Assembly (NCBI GenBank): GCA_963664015.2
Contig: CAXXLF010000002.1
Coordinates: forward strand, 224,001-288,000
Length of the DNA stretch: 64,000 bases
Origin: Candidatus Binatia bacterium
GTDB lineage: Bacteria; Desulfobacterota; Binatia; UBA9968; CAXXLF01
Direction: 5' to 3'
The notes below the pieces were generated by a model. That model was given only the letters and a program-made list of their open reading frames with translations, had not been told where the DNA came from and did no database searches. Below are positions 55,146 to 64,000 of the stretch, one piece after another. The first letter of the stretch is position 1, and every line of letters starts with the position of its first letter. Position numbers and translations under genes: made by a program.

Positions 55146-55748
55146 CTAGACCGCGGCTCGCTGGGTACAACGGGGATGGTGTTTAGCTATTCCACAGACG
55201 GCCCCAGACCTGGCCACGGCAGCTTCAAAATCCGGGTGAATTTGTGGATCCTCATCCTCATATTCGATCTGATCACCGCCTTCCTTAAGGCTATTATAGG
55301 TCGCTCCCTCTCTTTGATACACACCGGAAAACCGATAACGCCAGCTACCCCATCGGAGGGCCAGGTACCGTGCGAGCTTGGCCCCGTAATTAAAATGCTG
55401 GTAATGGGCGTTGAGCGGCATCCCGAAGAGGCTACCGGGCCCCCACTCGAAGGTGTGCTTCTTACCGTCCTTCTGCCAAACCGAGGTCGCTCCGTGCCCT
55501 TTGGCGACATAGACTATCTCTTCGTAGAGGTGCTTTTTTGGTTTGAGCTTGCCGCCCGCCGGTTCCTTCCAGGTTGATGAAGGTAGCCAGGCCGCCCTTT
55601 AGATCCCAAGGCGCGACCTCCACAGTCTTGATGTCCTTTAAAAAAAACCGTTTATGATCGGGATCCGCTGCGCCTGCTGCCATTCCTGGTAGGTATCGAT
55701 ACGCGACAGCTTGGTATCGTCAATTTTTTCAATCTCGTTCTCCGCCAT
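55146..55748 (-). pseudogene. Bicupin with internal deletions and frameshifts
   Basis: MAENE start, IDTYQEW, APWDLKGG..TFINL, EEIVYV.KGHG, YHQHFN and GGDQIEYEDEDP fragments, related to 50319-51437. Confidence 0.75.
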
Positions 55749-55807
55749 TGTGCGCTTTCCTCCTTTACCTGAATTCAATTTCTAAGCCCTTAATACCAGT
55801 TGAGAGT

Positions 55808-56980
55808 TCACCTTCGGATATCTCTAATGGGCCGCGCAAAACTCCTCTGGTCGTAGTTGGTAATAGGAATCTCTTTGCCCGTTTCCTTTTCGGTCTGCAT
55901 AACCTTAAATTCGATGATCTTGTTTACTGCCGGGTCCCGAATCACCCCCATGGGGTCTTTGCCTTTTTTAACGGCCTCCAGTTGAAGACGAAGCATCTGC
56001 CGAAACATAACGATTCCCTGGTCGCTGGAAGCAAGGTGCTCCTCGCTCCGATTCGCAATAGGCCCCTGAGTCTCCCAGACCATGCCGTCCTGGCTGGCAA
56101 AAGTCTTCATATGATGGCGGTATCGCGTGTAACCATAGTCATCGTAGGCCTCTTTGATCGGCCCGATGAAGTGATAAGGCACGTCCACTTGCCCACTGGG
56201 TTTACCGTCGTAAGTCGGGCTGTAAATGACATAGATGATCTGCGTATGGGTATCATCCATAGGGACCCGGTAGTGAATGACGTTCCCCGTCCCCCTCAAT
56301 ATATTTGGAAAGACGATGGGGTGCACCTCCGTGCGCTTATGGCCGTGGTGATACTTGTAGATTCCGTAATCAAAGATCTCGAACTCCATCCGCTCATCGC
56401 GCATGGCCGGGGCCCCACCGGTAAAGCCGTGAAGCCAGTAGAGATGCGCCGGATCGACGGCGTTTTCCATGGGCTGAAGCCAATTGCAGTCGAGGACAGG
56501 ATGGATTTCAATCCGCCGGACCCAGTCTTCCCGCACGAGGATATCGTAGTTTGGTAGGAGTGGTGCCGGGGATGGTCCCAAATAACCGAAGAGCAATCCC
56601 CCTAACACCTGGACTGGATAGGCCGGTTGGCGTATGGAATCCTTGGTATCGCGATCGGTTGGCTCGGCGGGTTGCTCCAGGCATTTTCCGTCGACGTCGT
56701 ACTTCCATCCATGATAGGGGCAACGAATCCCCTCCTCATCCACCATCCCGTAGCATAGAGACGCGCCTCTGTGGGCGCATGCCTCCCGAATCAACCCGTA
56801 GCGTCCCTTGCCGTCCCTGAAGACCACCAGATCCTCGCCGAGGAGCTTGACCGGCCGTTTGATCTTTTCATCAACTTCAGCCTTGGGAGCGATGGGCATC
56901 CAGTAGCAGCGCAGCAATTCCCCCATGGGAGTCCCGGGTCCCACACGGCACAAAAGATCGTTGGTTTCCTGGTCTAACAT
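55808..56980 (-). CDS. Rieske oxygenase alpha subunit
   Basis: CAH...CPYH, ENAVDPAHLYWLH and SQDGMVWETQG motifs. Confidence 0.93.
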   Translation of the reverse strand: MLDQETNDLLCRVGPGTPMGELLRCYWMPIAPKAEVDEKIKRPVKLLGEDLVVFRDGKGRYGLIREACAHRGASLCYGMVDEEGIRCPYHGWKYDVDGKCLEQPAEPTDRDTKDSIRQPAYPVQVLGGLLFGYLGPSPAPLLPNYDILVREDWVRRIEIHPVLDCNWLQPMENAVDPAHLYWLHGFTGGAPAMRDERMEFEIFDYGIYKYHHGHKRTEVHPIVFPNILRGTGNVIHYRVPMDDTHTQIIYVIYSPTYDGKPSGQVDVPYHFIGPIKEAYDDYGYTRYRHHMKTFASQDGMVWETQGPIANRSEEHLASSDQGIVMFRQMLRLQLEAVKKGKDPMGVIRDPAVNKIIEFKVMQTEKETGKEIPITNYDQRSFARPIRDIRR

Positions 56981-57038
56981 ATAGGATAAATCCTAATGAC
57001 CCGATTAAGCTAAATTGTCCTTGTAGGAGCCAGGCCAT

Positions 57039-58184
57039 TCAATCTCGAATGTCCTGGAGAAACCAATCCACCGGTACGTCCCGGCCAAGGCCGGCCTTTG
57101 TTGCAAGGTCAAAAACGACCGAACTGACGGTTACAAACTGAAGCCCCTTGACCGTGTCTTCGCCCTTGACCTTGATCCCGCTGGATGAACTCACCTCCTG
57201 ATCGTTCTCCCGGCCGTTCTTCTGACCGGTAATGAGGTCGACAAGAGAAATCATCTTCCCGTGAAAGTCCTTTTTCTGGGTACTGCGGCTTTGCTTCGGT
57301 CCCCTGGCCTTCACGTAGCCTTCTGAATCTCCCGCAAGGTATGTAGGGAACCCTTGTGAGTCATCTACGGCGACCCCTCCCACGATTTGGCTCATCGGCC
57401 CCCCAATCATGCAAACGTCGATCTTGGAATAGACATCGGAGGCAAACTCACTTGCTACTTGGGTCAGATGCATTCCCGGTTCCAATAACCGGGCATGAAT
57501 CGTAGGTTCTTGTGAATTCGTGCACGTGGACAAAATATCAACACCCTTGGCAGCCTCTTCAGGACTCGCACATGGAATCGCTTCCAACCCCAGTTCTTGC
57601 TCGACCTCGTTTGCATAAACTGTCCGATGTTCTTTGTTGGGACTGTAGACCTTGACCTTTTTGATGTTTCTAACCTCGGTAAACGCTCTCAAATGGCTTT
57701 TTGCCATCCCCCCTGACCCAATCATCCCCACCACGGACGCGTCTTTTTTCGCCAGATACTTGGCCCCCAGGCCAAAGAGGGCCCCTACGCGAAAGTGCTG
57801 CAGGTATCCGTCATTGATAATGGCAAGTGGCTCACCGTTTTCCGTATTGAACAGAAAGATCAAGCCGCAGAAGAGACCCGGCCGGAGGCAGTACTTGTTT
57901 TCTACCCGCGTACCGTAGCGAGTCGGCCAGCTCACCACATCGGATTTCATCCTTATGGCAAAACGCTGGAGCCTCTTACTGGAACCTTCCATTGTGCCCC
58001 AGCGATGAAAACTCTCGTTGGAACTGGTCTCCGTCAGGACATCTACCCGTGGTCGCCCGACCAGATCCCCCTGTGCGAGCTCCCTGTGCCCCTCTTCGAT
58101 GGCCTTCAAGGTGTCCGCCATGTTGAGGACCTGTTCGACCTCCTTGTTGTTTATAAAAATCATCGTGTCTCCTTCACCCACCAT
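57039..58184 (-). CDS. Ornithine cyclodeaminase/mu-crystallin family protein
   Basis: LFNTENGEPLA, RVGA, GSGGMA, VKVYSP and GLQF motifs. The start may be 58163 (MIFINN). Confidence 0.9.
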   Translation of the reverse strand: MVGEGDTMIFINNKEVEQVLNMADTLKAIEEGHRELAQGDLVGRPRVDVLTETSSNESFHRWGTMEGSSKRLQRFAIRMKSDVVSWPTRYGTRVENKYCLRPGLFCGLIFLFNTENGEPLAIINDGYLQHFRVGALFGLGAKYLAKKDASVVGMIGSGGMAKSHLRAFTEVRNIKKVKVYSPNKEHRTVYANEVEQELGLEAIPCASPEEAAKGVDILSTCTNSQEPTIHARLLEPGMHLTQVASEFASDVYSKIDVCMIGGPMSQIVGGVAVDDSQGFPTYLAGDSEGYVKARGPKQSRSTQKKDFHGKMISLVDLITGQKNGRENDQEVSSSSGIKVKGEDTVKGLQFVTVSSVVFDLATKAGLGRDVPVDWFLQDIRD

Positions 58185-58219
58185 TCCATTGCTTCGCGGT
58201 TGAACCCCACTGAAGGTCC

Positions 58220-59197
58220 CTATTCAGTTAGCTGGCAGTAGTGACCGGTCTTTAGAAATTCGATGTATTCCTTTAACCCACGGCGGACACTGTATTGTGG
58301 AATGTAGCCAAACTGCTCTTGGGCCAACGGATCTGGCTTCACCGCCCCGCCTTTTTCAGTCCCTCGAGGTGCCTCGATCCTGGCACCTGGAATAAGCTCC
58401 CTCAGCAGATCCGCTACCTCGCCCTGGGTCAGTTGTTCCTTGGGCCGTATTTGAAATACGTAATCCTTGAGTTTGTTTGCCAGAGTCGCCATCATGGCAC
58501 CGGAGCCCGCATCCCGCGCGTAGAGGCACCCCACAGGGGCGGTGGAGACGGGCCCTTCCCTCCCTGGAACAGTACCGGATAGCGAGGCCAACTTCACCGG
58601 CTCATTGCGCAGAGGCTTTTCAACCACATCTTTAAGACTTTGCCCCATCACACCGGCAAAACCATATCCGGGTCCAAAGACCTGAGCAAAACGCAAGATC
58701 ACAATGTCCAGATTATAGAGTTTACGGTAATCGTTGCAGAAGAGCTCGCAGGCCACTTTGGCGCTCGTGTACGGGTCAGCGTCGAGGTCCAGGACTCCCG
58801 TTGCAGCAGATTTACCATAGGAAGACGCCGTCCGAGGAGTCTTTCCCGTACTGAGGTAAACCAATCGTTTAACTCCCGACAGGCGAGCCGCCTCCAGCAC
58901 GTTCATGGTTCCCATGACGATGGTTTGAACTCCTGCGTAGGGTCGTTCATAAACCCCCGGAGTAAGCATGCTTGCCAGGTGAAGGATACGATCCACCCCA
59001 TATTTGTTGATGGCACCCATGAGCTCCGAAGCGTTGAGGACATCACCCTTAACGAAGGTAACCTTCTCAGAAATATCCTGTAATAGCTCAGCTTTGATTG
59101 CGATATCGTAAGCGATCACCCTTTCACCGCATTCCACGGCGTGACGGACGGCAAATGATCCCGCCAGCCCGCAACCTCCGGTCACCAAAACAGTCAT
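58220..59197 (-). CDS. NAD-dependent epimerase/dehydratase (extended SDR)
   Basis: VLVTGGCGLAG, HLAS, YTSAK and VFGPG motifs. Confidence 0.9.
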   Translation of the reverse strand: MTVLVTGGCGLAGSFAVRHAVECGERVIAYDIAIKAELLQDISEKVTFVKGDVLNASELMGAINKYGVDRILHLASMLTPGVYERPYAGVQTIVMGTMNVLEAARLSGVKRLVYLSTGKTPRTASSYGKSAATGVLDLDADPYTSAKVACELFCNDYRKLYNLDIVILRFAQVFGPGYGFAGVMGQSLKDVVEKPLRNEPVKLASLSGTVPGREGPVSTAPVGCLYARDAGSGAMMATLANKLKDYVFQIRPKEQLTQGEVADLLRELIPGARIEAPRGTEKGGAVKPDPLAQEQFGYIPQYSVRRGLKEYIEFLKTGHYCQLTE

Positions 59198-59295
59198 AAT
59201 TTCTCCTGCATACCCTTTCGCTTGGTAGAATCTTTCTGTTCATTCTCTCAACGGAGAGAGGTCAAGCTCCTTAGAATCGGAACAAACGCTGCGGA

Positions 59296-59529
59296 TTATC
59301 GGAAAAAATGTAAGGTTGCACCCTTTTCCTGAGCCCGATTCATGACCGTGGGCGTTCCCCCGACCAGGCGCATCTTGAATTCGACTACCCAGGTGCCATT
59401 GTGACTGCCAAAAACCGTATCCTCGGGAAAGACCACGGGAAAGGGCCACCACCTGTGCCAGTCCGCGTCCAGGTGTTTCCATGTCTCGACACCCTCTTCT
59501 ACATGTGCGTCGGCATCGATGACTACCAT
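59296..59529 (-). pseudogene. Amidohydrolase_2 N-terminal fragment (tandem paralogue remnant)
   Basis: MVVIDADAHVEEGVETW..FPVVFPEDT..GTPT closely parallels the start of 59629-60705, then truncates. Confidence 0.8.
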
Positions 59530-59628
59530 GGAGTACTCCTTTCGTGCCTCTCACACCGCGGCGAGAAGTCGTGGCGTAAAAATGGAAGATGGGAAAGAGG
59601 GAGAATTTTCAAACAGGATCCTTCCGTA

Positions 59629-60705
59629 TCAGAAATGGTACAACCGCTGGGGATTGTCCGAGAGAATCTTATCCACCGTACGCTGACCGAGATCACCCCG
59701 TCGGAGCAAATCTTCGGCCAAACGATCTTGGCGATTGGGATCGGCATGGGGATAATCCGTCGCCGTGATCAAGAAATCATCCCCCAACTTACTGATGATA
59801 AAAGGCAGCTCATCGTCGAGCCCGCACGAGACAAACACCCGTCCACCTAGCCACCCGTCAACCTTGGCTCCGTTCCGCTCCCGCAGTCCTTTCACCAAAC
59901 GAACCGTCCAATCGGCACCGGCCTCCAGGAATCCGACGCGCAATCTCGGAAACTCTTCCAGGAGTCCCGAACCCAGAATTTGCTGGAATGCGTGGAGAAC
60001 ATACGGGCCGCTGATCAGTCCTGCCCCCAACGGATGTGGGAACGCGCCCCCAATGGGCCGCGGGATACCTTCGTACATACGACTGATGGTTGGGCTCGAT
60101 CCGTTGCCAACGTGGACCGCAATAGGCAGATCTTGACGCTCCGCTTCCCCGTAGATGGGGCGTAGCGATGGGTGGCTGAGCGGCATATCCCATTCCAGGC
60201 CGCGAGCGAAAATCCCCGTCACGCATCCCTGCTCTTTCGCCCACTGAATCTCTCGCACTGCCAGGTCCGGTCGACGCCAGGGGACCACTGCAACATACCA
60301 CAACCGACCTGCTGAATGTTTGCACTGGGTAGCCATGAATTGGTTGTAGCTGTGGGCTAGCGCCGCCTCCAGCTCAACGTTTTCTGCCAGACACCCCAGC
60401 CACAATGAAGGAAACACCACCTGCCGGTCAATCGCCAGCTCGTCCATGCATGCAAGCCGTTGGCTCACGTCCGTCATCTCTTGTACCGGGATCGACACCC
60501 CTTTCTCACGCGATAGTTTCATACAAGTGGGGGTGCCAGCGAAATGGCGAAGCTTATAATCGATCACCCAGCCGGCATTCCGATCCCCGAAACACGTGTC
60601 CTCCGGAAACACCACCGGAATGGGCCGAAAAGGGTAAAATTCAGGCTCGAGGTAACTCCAGGTTTCAACGCTCTCTTCTACATGGGCATCTGAGTCTATG
60701 ACCAT
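59629..60705 (-). CDS. Amidohydrolase_2 family protein
   Basis: IDSDAH, AVH, FLEAGADW and ATDYPH motifs. Confidence 0.9.
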   Translation of the reverse strand: MVIDSDAHVEESVETWSYLEPEFYPFRPIPVVFPEDTCFGDRNAGWVIDYKLRHFAGTPTCMKLSREKGVSIPVQEMTDVSQRLACMDELAIDRQVVFPSLWLGCLAENVELEAALAHSYNQFMATQCKHSAGRLWYVAVVPWRRPDLAVREIQWAKEQGCVTGIFARGLEWDMPLSHPSLRPIYGEAERQDLPIAVHVGNGSSPTISRMYEGIPRPIGGAFPHPLGAGLISGPYVLHAFQQILGSGLLEEFPRLRVGFLEAGADWTVRLVKGLRERNGAKVDGWLGGRVFVSCGLDDELPFIISKLGDDFLITATDYPHADPNRQDRLAEDLLRRGDLGQRTVDKILSDNPQRLYHF

Positions 60706-60852
60706 AAGACGTTTGCCTTCTCACTCATTCGATGTGTAATCGGTGTGACGGAATGGAGGCAGATGTTAGCTGTCCTCATAAGTAAATTATTCCTTTCAGT
60801 CAACAATCCGACAATGGATTCGGTTTTGGAGTCTGTTTACGATAGGCTGCCG

Positions 60853-62283
60853 TTATGACCTGCTTCCCGACTCGCCCACAGTCGGCTTGATGTTGTGATT
60901 CACACGAAATAAATTCGTGGGATCATATTTGTTTTTGACCGCCACGAGGCGCCCATATTTCGCCTCTCCGTACACTCGGGGAACCTCGCTCTCATCCTCG
61001 CTCTGATGCCGGTTCAGATATCCGCCGCCTGCTGAGAATGGCTGCAGCGCTGACCAAGTTGTGCGGGCCCACTCGATATGTTGATCCGACTCCTCAGGAT
61101 TCTTCCAGTGGGGGAGGATGTAGCAATCATATGCGGCCTGGCGGTAACGGAAGGCGGTTTCATCTTCCGCGACACGGCTGATCGCGCCGCCCATGAGCAC
61201 GAAATGTAGATGAGACCACGGCGATGTCATAGCGGCTGCCCGGTCGACCATCACCTCGATGGCATCGTCGCTGAGTTCTTTCAAATAGACCGATTTTTCG
61301 TAGCTGAGACTCGCCTGCATCAAAGGATCCACTGAACCCTGGAGCACCAGATACGGGGCTGGCCCGACCGTGTCGCAAGCTGGCGAGCCAAAAGTCCTGA
61401 GCGGCTTCAGGACTCTTTCGCCCTCGTCTGTTGGACCGGTGAAGCAGACCACGGCAGCCATGATAATCTTCCCATGAACAGATGGCGGCAGGTAGGAACC
61501 GGGCTGTGGGGTCACAAAAAAGATGCTTAGACCAAGTCCATCCGGGACCGTTTTGACGTACTCGCGGAGGAACTTGAGGTAGGCTTTGGCTTGATCCAGG
61601 AAATAGCCGACCCAACCCCTCAGCACCCGGGTTACGGGGTGAAGCTGGTACTCGAAGGAAGTCACAATTCCAAAATTTCCGCCACCACCCCGAAGGCCCC
61701 AAAACAGATCCTCGTTCTGCTGAGGGCTAGCAGTGAGAAACTTTCCGTCCGCGGTGATAACGTCCGCCGACAAAAGATTGTCGCAGGTGAGACCGTATTT
61801 GCGGCTTATATGCCCAATGCCGCCCCCGGTAGTCAGTCCGCCGATACCTGTGTCGGAGACATTTCCCCCAGGAGTGGCTAGGCCGAACGCCGCAGCCTCA
61901 CGGTCAAATTCCCGCCAGAAGAGTCCTCCCTGAGCATGAGCCGTTCGCTTGATGGGGTCGACCCGCATCCCCTTCATCGGTCTCAGATCAATGACAAGAC
62001 CACCATCGCAGACCCCAAAACCGGCGGGATGGTGCCCCCCGCACCGCACCGCGACAAGCAGATTGCGCGTCCGGGCAAAGTTTACGGCGTTTATCACATC
62101 CGCGACGCCAGCACAGCGAGCTATGAGCGCAGGCCGCTTATCGATCATCCCATTCCACACCCGCCGCGCGCTATCGTACTCGGGATGGCCAGGATCGATT
62201 ACTTCACCCAGTTGATTGGCTTTGAATTCTTGGACGGCCGCTTCCTCAATGGCCGGACCCGTTGGAGAGCTTTGATCTGCCAT
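60853..62283 (-). CDS. FAD-linked oxidase (VAO/berberine-bridge family, 6-hydroxy-D-nicotine oxidase-like)
   Basis: VWNGMIDKRPA, RCGGH (covalent-FAD His), DLFWGLRGGGGNFG and a C-terminal BBE motif KYDPTNLF. Confidence 0.93.
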   Translation of the reverse strand: MADQSSPTGPAIEEAAVQEFKANQLGEVIDPGHPEYDSARRVWNGMIDKRPALIARCAGVADVINAVNFARTRNLLVAVRCGGHHPAGFGVCDGGLVIDLRPMKGMRVDPIKRTAHAQGGLFWREFDREAAAFGLATPGGNVSDTGIGGLTTGGGIGHISRKYGLTCDNLLSADVITADGKFLTASPQQNEDLFWGLRGGGGNFGIVTSFEYQLHPVTRVLRGWVGYFLDQAKAYLKFLREYVKTVPDGLGLSIFFVTPQPGSYLPPSVHGKIIMAAVVCFTGPTDEGERVLKPLRTFGSPACDTVGPAPYLVLQGSVDPLMQASLSYEKSVYLKELSDDAIEVMVDRAAAMTSPWSHLHFVLMGGAISRVAEDETAFRYRQAAYDCYILPHWKNPEESDQHIEWARTTWSALQPFSAGGGYLNRHQSEDESEVPRVYGEAKYGRLVAVKNKYDPTNLFRVNHNIKPTVGESGSRS

Positions 62284-62424
62284 AACTTGCCTTTCTATGA
62301 GTCCACGAGAAGCGGGTCATCAATCATGTTTTCAGGTACCACACGACCTCGCTTGGCACGACTGTTTAGTCCAAAGTTTCAAATCATAGCGTCGTGAGGA
62401 CGCTGTCATTAAACAACCTGTAAA

Positions 62425-63090
62425 CTACCGGTTCTTCGCCCGCCTGATATCGGCCATGATCTTCCTGCTTAACTTTGAGATCGGGGCCATGTCGGTAAAC
62501 TTGGGACGAGAAACATCCAAATATTTCCTTCCGTCAACAAACATATTAGCCGGGGGCAGCATATCCTTTGGAATATCAATCCGCCGAGAATTCGGGGCGA
62601 GCTGGCCATAGAGATCCTTAAGGGCTTGAAGCAGTATCTGAGCCTTACGCCTAAGGTACCAGTTGACGAAAACCCGAGCCGCTTTGGGGCGGGGCGCACC
62701 TTGATATAGCTCACCGAAGCTCCACCTGTGCTCAAGCCCTGGCCTTCTTTCCAATCGGCCGTATCGAAGATATCCACCGGCAGACCCTGGGATTTGGCCC
62801 GTTCCACCTGCCGGCAGCCCACGAGATGGCATACTGTCCCTCAGCCAACGAGTCGGTAATCTGGCGACGGTTTCCAAACGTGACATCCATAGTGCCAAAG
62901 AGTTTTGTTAAGTACTCGGGACCAAGCTCCGGGTTGTGATAGAGAAACTGCAAGACGGCCCCGAATCCTGTACCTGCCGGAGATTGGGAGGTGAGCTTTC
63001 CCTTCCATTTGGGATCCGTCAGGTCCCAATGGGATTTAAATTTCAGGGAGTCCACCAGATTGGCGTTGTATGAAAAGCTCCTCCCGCCAA
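62425..63090 (-). pseudogene. ABC SBP C-terminal remnant, frameshifted
   Basis: YNANLV, WDLTDPKWKGK, APRPKAARVFVNW and SRRIDIPKD over several frames. Paralogous to 41043-42170. Confidence 0.75.
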
Positions 63091-63602
63091 CGAATGATAG
63101 GAAGTTACTTTTGAGACTCAGCAGCCAAGAACTCGCAATTGCCCCGAAATGACTCGGTCTCGGCTCCCGCCTGAGAGCCTCCGGCCGCTATCGGAACAAG
63201 CGACATGGCCACGAACCCTTTATGAGCGGAGGATATCCGATAACGAGCTATTATGTCAACTCGACCTAGCAGACCTTATTTACCTCGCAGAACGCATTTC
63301 AAGAGCTATTTAAATGCGTCTCAGAGCTATTTTGACCCGTTCCAAAGTTTAAGAGTGGGGTAAGGCCGTCAAAGGCCCTAGCCATATTGCCAAAGGTGGA
63401 CATTTTCACCAATTAATTGCCAGAAATACCATATGTACGAAATCCTAGAAAAAAGAAACCCTTCAAAGACCAAACGTTTGCAGCCTGGTACTTTTTTTGC
63501 TGCTGCCTTATAGGTTATTCAGAGCCATAATAGGCCGACATGAAGTGGAGATATGCCGATCCGCATATTACTTGTTAACCGCACACAAACAGGAGGTTCA
63601 AA

Positions 63603-64000
63603 ATGAAGCAGGGAACAGTCACGCTCCTCCAGGAGTTATGAAAAACAGTCGCCCCAATTTCATCGCAGGCAGCAGAACTCTTTTACCAAACTCTGTTTAA
63701 AGCAGACCCCAGCCTCAAGCCTTTATTTAAAGGCAATATGGCCGAACAAGGCAAGAAGCTCATGCAAATGATCGGGGTTGCTGTAGATAGACTGAACGAT
63801 TTAGAAACACTTGTTCCCGTCCTTCAAGACCTGGCACGGCGCCATGTTGATTATGGCGTTCAGGAGTCGCACTACCAAACAGTTGGCGCCGCACTTCTCA
63901 AGACGCTTGAGCAAGGCTTGGGCGAAGATTTAGCACCCTGTGTCAAAGACGCATGGACAAGCGTATACGGTGTCATGGGAGACGTCATGTTTGCTGGAGC
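63603..64000 (+). pseudogene. Single-domain (flavohemoglobin-type) globin with in-frame TGA; runs off window
   Basis: AGGAGG RBS and ATG 63603: MKQGTVTLLQEL*KTVAP..AELFY..LF..DPSLKPLF...LARRHVDYGV..HYQTVGAALL..AW. The TGA at 63639 is at the usual A-helix Trp/Phe position. Not in the ORF track. Confidence 0.85.

Noticed and set aside
48430-55650. Programmed frameshifting or phase variation at homopolymers (~48445, ~51930, ~55640)
   Set aside because: The runs are short, paralogues do not share the sites, and surrounding genes show general decay. Mutation or sequencing error is more parsimonious.
16700-64000. Stop-codon reassignment or readthrough (e.g. TGA=Trp at 38019 and 63639; TAG/TAA in transporters)
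   Set aside because: In-frame stops are of all three types and replace different residues (Glu, Trp, Tyr). Core genes terminate normally with TGA/TAA/TAG and use TGG for Trp. Frameshifts and deletions co-occur.
1-64000. Numerous antisense and alternative-frame ORFs in the track (e.g. 3673-4386, 32603-33256, 45675-46385, 55748-56557)
   Set aside because: They overlap well-supported genes and lack recognisable motifs, as expected for shadow ORFs in GC-rich coding DNA.

Overview
Bacterial chromosomal window. The gene content resembles Deltaproteobacteria-like lineages such as Ca. Binatia, which is inference only. It has two halves. (1) About 2-16.6 kb is an intact minus-strand housekeeping block: pyrR, an unusual pyrB multidomain fusion, carA, carB, recG, alaC, hom, apgM and glpX. 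It is headed by a sigma70-like promoter, a clear PyrR-binding RNA element and an attenuator terminator. The ATCase is a 652-aa fusion of PyrB, the PyrI zinc domain, an Ada-metal-binding-like module and a second PyrR/PRT domain that lacks the RNA-binding residues. (2) About 16.7-64 kb is a paralogue-rich, partly decaying catabolic/accessory region. It holds 6 Rieske oxygenase alpha subunits, 5 amidohydrolase_2 genes, 3 class II aldolase/adducin proteins, 3 PqqC/CADD-like heme-oxygenase-like diiron (HDO) proteins, 2 cytoplasmic beta-propellers, 2 ornithine cyclodeaminase-like genes, 2 cupins, 3 FbpB-type ABC permease/SBP sets without an ATPase, a GlcG/HbpS protein, an FAD oxidase and a globin. 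Many accessory genes carry nonsense codons, frameshifts or truncations. A nested palindromic miniature element lies at about 25.7-25.9 kb. No rRNA, tRNA, CRISPR array or transposase was seen.
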